Virus record (IMG/VR): IMGVR_UViG_3300029448_000115
Coordinates: 1-39,553 of that record
Direction: 5' to 3' (one strand)
DNA: 39,553 bases
Origin: a virus
Taxonomy: Duplodnaviria; Caudoviricetes
Under the pieces are notes generated by a model. That model made no database searches. It saw only the letters and a program-made list of their open reading frames with translations, and was not told the DNA's origin. This document shows, piece by piece, positions 35,699 through 39,553 of the stretch. Each line of letters opens with the position of its first letter. Position 1 is the stretch's first letter. The translations under genes and the position numbers were made by a program.

Positions 35699-36034
35699 AT
35701 GAAAAACTATAAAGCCCTTAAAAGCAAATCGAAAGTTGCTGTAAAAAAAGTAAAGGTAGTAGATCAGGAAGCTGTAAAAGAGATTACTGATGAAAAAGGA
35801 AATATTGTAAGAAGAGCTGCTGTTGAGCAAAGCCATGAAGAATTGCAAGTTGTATCAAAAGTATTTGATTCTGCAACTGGCGAAGCTATGGCTGATCGCG
35901 TTGAATCTATGCAAGTTTCTGATCTTGAATCGCAAGTTTCAAGTTTAAAAACTCAAAAAGCAAACGATGCTAAACGCATTGATGATGAAGTTGCTGATCT
36001 TGAAGAGCTAGTTGCTGATCTAAAAAAATTATAA
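35699..36034 (+). CDS. Coiled-coil protein, fibre-associated candidate
   Basis: Adjacent to the fibre gene; FD..TGE then coiled coil. Confidence 0.65.
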   Translation: MKNYKALKSKSKVAVKKVKVVDQEAVKEITDEKGNIVRRAAVEQSHEELQVVSKVFDSATGEAMADRVESMQVSDLESQVSSLKTQKANDAKRIDDEVADLEELVADLKKL

Positions 36035-36058
36035 TAATAACAATCCTATGGAGGGAAT

Positions 36059-36304
36059 ATGAGTCAAGATAAAAAAGTGCAAGAAGAAGAACAAAAGCGT
36101 TCATATACTTGGAGAAGCGAAAAAGGGGAAGAGATCACAAAATCTATTGATGATCTTAAACCTGATGAGGTTTCTGCATTAGAGCGTTTAAACAATTTAA
36201 ATATGAATATTGTAAGGTTGAATGCAGAATTGAGTGATCTTTCTATTCTTGCTGAGCATTATAGTAAAATTGCAGAAAAGGCTTTTTTAGAAGAAGAGGA
36301 ATAA
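36059..36304 (+). CDS. Hypothetical coiled-coil protein
   Basis: GGAGG RBS. Confidence 0.65.
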   Translation: MSQDKKVQEEEQKRSYTWRSEKGEEITKSIDDLKPDEVSALERLNNLNMNIVRLNAELSDLSILAEHYSKIAEKAFLEEEE

Positions 36305-36588
36305 TGCTAGTTAGGAGATCATCAAAAGGCAAAAAGATTTATATCTTTAAGCCAAGAACAAAAGAAAATATCACTTACAAGTTTAGTGATAGTGAAGTTG
36401 TTTCTTTTGATGCTCAGAACAAAGCTTTTGTTGTTACAAGTGAGGGAGCGGTAATTAAAAGAACTAATTCTTGGATTACCGCTCAAACTACTTATGACAG
36501 TGAATGTAAAAAGCATTATAGCGACACTACTGGAAAAATTAAAGTGGGAGTGCATACGCTTGTAAATGGCGTTGCAACTAAATTATAA
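36304..36588 (+). CDS. Hypothetical protein
   Basis: TAATG coupling on both sides; C-terminus conserved in copy 1. Confidence 0.7.
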   Translation: MLVRRSSKGKKIYIFKPRTKENITYKFSDSEVVSFDAQNKAFVVTSEGAVIKRTNSWITAQTTYDSECKKHYSDTTGKIKVGVHTLVNGVATKL

Positions 36589-36992
36589 TGTTTATTGCTG
36601 TTGATCCTAAGAATTACATTTCAATACTACATCAAAATAGGCATTCTATATTTCCAATAGAAGAAGGAACTATTTTAGCTATCTTAAATGATTATAAATA
36701 TGTAGATGCTGAATGCGTTATATTAGATAATACAAATAGATTTGATGTCGGGTTTTGGTATGGTCTTGCTTTAGCCTATGGGTGGCAGATTGATATTATT
36801 AATTCTAAAACTTGGATGGATTATTTTGGGCTATACCCTGAAAACAAAAAAGAAAGGATTAAACACTGGATGAGTATTGCAAGACTTAGATACCCTATGA
36901 TGAAAGTAGATGAAACTAATTTTGAAGTGATTTTAAGCGCATGCTATTTGCATGATAAATTTAAAGCAGAATTAAACGCGAGTTTCGCATGA
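36588..36992 (+). CDS. Degenerate RuvC-fold protein, allele 2
   Basis: Same length and motifs as 76-480. Confidence 0.75.
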   Translation: MFIAVDPKNYISILHQNRHSIFPIEEGTILAILNDYKYVDAECVILDNTNRFDVGFWYGLALAYGWQIDIINSKTWMDYFGLYPENKKERIKHWMSIARLRYPMMKVDETNFEVILSACYLHDKFKAELNASFA

Positions 36993-37477
36993 ATAAATTT
37001 GATGATTTTATAGAACCATTAATTGAGCGCGAAGGCGGAGAAAAGATCATTGTCGATACTGGCGGTACGACAAAGTATGGGATCAGTGAAAAAGGTACAG
37101 GCCTTTCAGCTGATGAGATCAAAAGCCTTACAAAGAGGCAAGCTATTGAAATCTACCGAAAACATTACTATGTGCCATCGAAGTCTGATCGGCTGCCTGA
37201 GCATTTACAGGAAGCGTTTTTTGATAGCGTAGTAAATCAGGGCATTTCAAGAGCTACAAAAATTTTACAAGCAGCAGCAAACCATAAAAATAGCAAAGGC
37301 TCTAAAATAGCTGTAGATGGGCGCATAGGTAATCAGACGTTAAAAGCTGTACAAAATTTAGAAAGTGAGCGTTTTAGGGCATTTAGAGTGCTTCATTACG
37401 CACAAATAACATTAAAGCGCCCTGATAAATACGAAAAGTACTATTATGGTTGGTTTAGAAGGGCTTTATCGCTGTAA
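36989..37477 (+). CDS. GH108 endolysin, allele 2
   Basis: Three amino-acid differences from 480-968 (I/V, T/A, S/Q). Confidence 0.9.
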   Translation: MNKFDDFIEPLIEREGGEKIIVDTGGTTKYGISEKGTGLSADEIKSLTKRQAIEIYRKHYYVPSKSDRLPEHLQEAFFDSVVNQGISRATKILQAAANHKNSKGSKIAVDGRIGNQTLKAVQNLESERFRAFRVLHYAQITLKRPDKYEKYYYGWFRRALSL

Positions 37478-37701
37478 TGGATCAGGAATTTAAAAGCGTA
37501 GTGAAAGAAGTATTGGCAACACATACAACAAAATTAGAAAATATTGAAATGCAACTTAAAAGCATTGATAGTAGTTTAAAGTATAATATGGAGCGTTTAA
37601 ACAGAGTAGAAACAGATCAAGCTTTTATGAAAGGCATGGGCGTTTTTATTGGCTCTATACTTAGTATTTTTATTGGATTAGTAGCATACATAGGAGCTTA
37701 A
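37477..37701 (+). CDS. Holin/XhlA-like candidate, allele 2
   Basis: Homolog of 968-1192. Confidence 0.55.
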   Translation: MDQEFKSVVKEVLATHTTKLENIEMQLKSIDSSLKYNMERLNRVETDQAFMKGMGVFIGSILSIFIGLVAYIGA

Positions 37702-37703
37702 AT

Positions 37704-37979
37704 ATGGTTGAGTATTTTGCAGATTATTTTAGTTGGAGTAACTTTTTTTATTTAGTTGGCATAATATTAGCTGGTTATGCAGCAGCAATTACCAGTGCAA
37801 ACAGAAATATTTTTATACAGATTCAGGAGCTTATTGCTTGTTTGGAGCGTGTCAATAAAGATAAAAAGGTCACAGCAGCAGAGAAAAAAGAAGTCATGAA
37901 AGAGGCGCTTGATATCGCAAAAGCTGTGATCCAGTCAAAGTTTAGTTTTAAAGCTTTATCTCTTTGGAGGAAAAAATAA
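37704..37979 (+). CDS. Small membrane protein, allele 2
   Basis: Homolog of 1195-1470. Confidence 0.5.
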   Translation: MVEYFADYFSWSNFFYLVGIILAGYAAAITSANRNIFIQIQELIACLERVNKDKKVTAAEKKEVMKEALDIAKAVIQSKFSFKALSLWRKK

Positions 37980-39002
37980 ATGGCGATTACCTCTAGCATA
38001 GCATATTGTTCAGAGAGGGATTTATTCGATGTTTATCCGCAGGTAAAATCCGCAGATACAAAGACTAGGATTTTTGGTTGGGTAGTACATAGCTCAAATT
38101 TATATAGGGCAGATAACACTGGTTTAATAACACAATTATTTGCGAATGGGCAAGATTTAAGCTCTGCTCAGGCAAATAGTGGAGCAGTCACTTCTAATGG
38201 TCAATGGTTTTATGAATCATCGTTAGATGCTGTCTATTATTATAATAGCGCTGCTAGCCCAAATGATATTATTATGGAGGCTGGCGAGGATTTCGCTACA
38301 TTAACGCAGAGATACAGAGAAAATGCCAGTCGGCATTTAGAATCGTTATTAGATAGCAGACTTGCAGCAGAAATCGCAAAAGATCGCGAAGGCAGCTATC
38401 CGTACATAATTAAAAGGATCACAGCTTTAATCGCTATTTCGCAGCTTTTAAAGGGAGATGATCCAGCAAGTGAGGTTGCTGATGCCTTTATGGAGGAGGC
38501 TACAGAATATATTACAGGTTTAAGAACTGGAGATATTAAGCTTCCTCATCAAGTCACTGGAGACAGTGCTTATGGTTTTATTCGAGATGTTGTTTATACA
38601 TCAGGTAAAGTTAGGCCTGTTCAGACTCGCGGTGTATATCAAGGTACTTACGATCTATTAAAAGTTGTAATTACGACAGCTGGAGCTATAGGCTCAGGAA
38701 AATATTCGGTGTATGAAAAATCAAGTTCTGATTTAAAAGCTGCTTTAGTTGTAGATGGTGAAACAATAAACGGAGACTTTCAACAATGTGCTGGAGGTCT
38801 TGAGATACGTTTTGCAGGCGGCACGGATTCATCCGCAGCAGCTATAAATGATGAGTGGGAAATAGAAGTGCATGGAATTGGCGAGGATATTAGATCAGGT
38901 AAAACTGGTAATATTATTATGTCAAGAGGCGCTTCTCATGTTCCGTATAATCGTTTTAAAGGCGGTTTTTTAAAAACAGGCAGTAGAAAGATCAGGTTTT
39001 AA
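37980..39002 (+). CDS. Head-tail adaptor-like protein, allele 2
   Basis: Homolog of 1471-2493. Confidence 0.55.
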   Translation: MAITSSIAYCSERDLFDVYPQVKSADTKTRIFGWVVHSSNLYRADNTGLITQLFANGQDLSSAQANSGAVTSNGQWFYESSLDAVYYYNSAASPNDIIMEAGEDFATLTQRYRENASRHLESLLDSRLAAEIAKDREGSYPYIIKRITALIAISQLLKGDDPASEVADAFMEEATEYITGLRTGDIKLPHQVTGDSAYGFIRDVVYTSGKVRPVQTRGVYQGTYDLLKVVITTAGAIGSGKYSVYEKSSSDLKAALVVDGETINGDFQQCAGGLEIRFAGGTDSSAAAINDEWEIEVHGIGEDIRSGKTGNIIMSRGASHVPYNRFKGGFLKTGSRKIRF

Positions 39003-39451
39003 TGGCCTTAGTAAAAGATACAAGCTATAACAATATATTTTATGATAATGTTTTATCAAAACTTAGGTCTATTATTACCACTGATAGAGCTTGCAGCGTA
39101 TATATTGCGCCAGCATATCAAGATCAAGGCTCTTTCTCTGTTCGTTTATGGGGATCAAGTTTTGCAACAGATCAATTATACCCTAATACATTTAGAAAAT
39201 TATATAATGTCGAAATATCTATTTATACACTTGGTGAAGATAGAGATGAAAGATTTTATGAGCAGCTGTATAGCGATTCTGAAAGACTTTATCAGCTTTT
39301 ATTTAACAATTCTAACTTATCAAGCGGCGATTATGCGTGGAAGGATGCTCAAGTTAGTGAAGTAATTTTTGATGATTTTATAGGCGCAGAAGAAGATGTT
39401 GATAATTTACATGTTGCTCGATTTTCTTTTTCTTGTCGCATCACAAGGTAA
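39002..39451 (+). CDS. Putative tail terminator, allele 2
   Basis: Homolog of 2493-2942. Confidence 0.5.
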   Translation: MALVKDTSYNNIFYDNVLSKLRSIITTDRACSVYIAPAYQDQGSFSVRLWGSSFATDQLYPNTFRKLYNVEISIYTLGEDRDERFYEQLYSDSERLYQLLFNNSNLSSGDYAWKDAQVSEVIFDDFIGAEEDVDNLHVARFSFSCRITR

Positions 39452-39478
39452 ATTACCTATAAATTAAGGAAACTTATT

Positions 39479-39553
39479 ATGGCAAATAATAAAAAAGTAG
39501 AAAAACAAGTAAAATATAAGGCAAATAAAACTTTTAAGGTTTTTGTGTCTGAT
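39479..39553 (+). CDS. 5' part of small basic protein (homolog of 2970-3170), truncated by window edge
   Basis: Identical to 2970-3044. Confidence 0.65.
   Translation, partial: MANNKKVEKQVKYKANKTFKVFVSD

Larger units (their letters stand above)
36513..39553. repeat. Diverged direct repeat, copy 2 (partner 1-3044)
   Basis: Collinear with 1-3044; see copy 1. Confidence 0.97.

Noticed and set aside
461-39365. Antisense and alternate-frame ORF-track entries inside larger genes (e.g. 461-652, 2533-2856, 3879-4160, 5280-6128, 17469-17777, 18148-18675, 24595-24819, 27520-27762, 29565-29756, 31744-32028, 39042-39365)
   Set aside because: Shadow ORFs with no RBS or motifs, overlapping well-supported genes.
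1-39553. True direct terminal repeat of a T7/T5-type genome
   Set aside because: Real DTRs are identical copies; these differ at many sites over 3 kb.
1-39553. Diversity-generating retroelement (end repeats as TR/VR)
   Set aside because: No reverse transcriptase; differences are not adenine-specific and are mostly synonymous across six genes.

Overview
The window is essentially one complete ~36.5 kb genome of an AT-rich tailed phage with a long non-contractile tail (siphovirus-type), plus ~3 kb of overrun. Bases 1-3044 recur at 36513-39553 as a diverged, mostly synonymously different copy, so this is most likely a two-strain assembly lasso rather than a true terminal repeat. Recognisable modules are: GH108 endolysin with holin-like genes; head-tail adaptor, tail tube, G/GT chaperones with a -1 frameshift, TP901-type tape measure and tail tip; Sak/Rad52 annealase, HTH_36 initiator-like protein and RuvC-like resolvase; a DnaA-box/iteron origin; TerS-like protein, TerL, portal, MuF, scaffold and major capsid; and a 1737-aa fibre with an S74 chaperone. 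I recognised no integrase, CI repressor, polymerase, helicase or primase. The most notable observations are: (1) a MuF minor-head protein fused to a Zeta-toxin-like P-loop kinase, with a convergent Cys-rich candidate immunity gene on its own promoter; (2) a second, apparently catalytically degenerate RuvC paralog coupled to the endolysin; (3) a stand-alone origin with three perfect DnaA boxes whose iteron motif recurs upstream of terL and the scaffold gene; (4) about ten-fold enrichment of (GC)GTTTAAAC and enrichment of GATC, both missing from the fibre gene; (5) reverse-strand accessory islands (DUF2958, SprT-like, LPD29-like) driven by repeated sigma70 promoters with TATAACA-NN-TGTTATA operators, and an unannotated ribbon-helix-helix gene that may bind them. 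All family calls come from motif recognition by eye and all counts were made manually.
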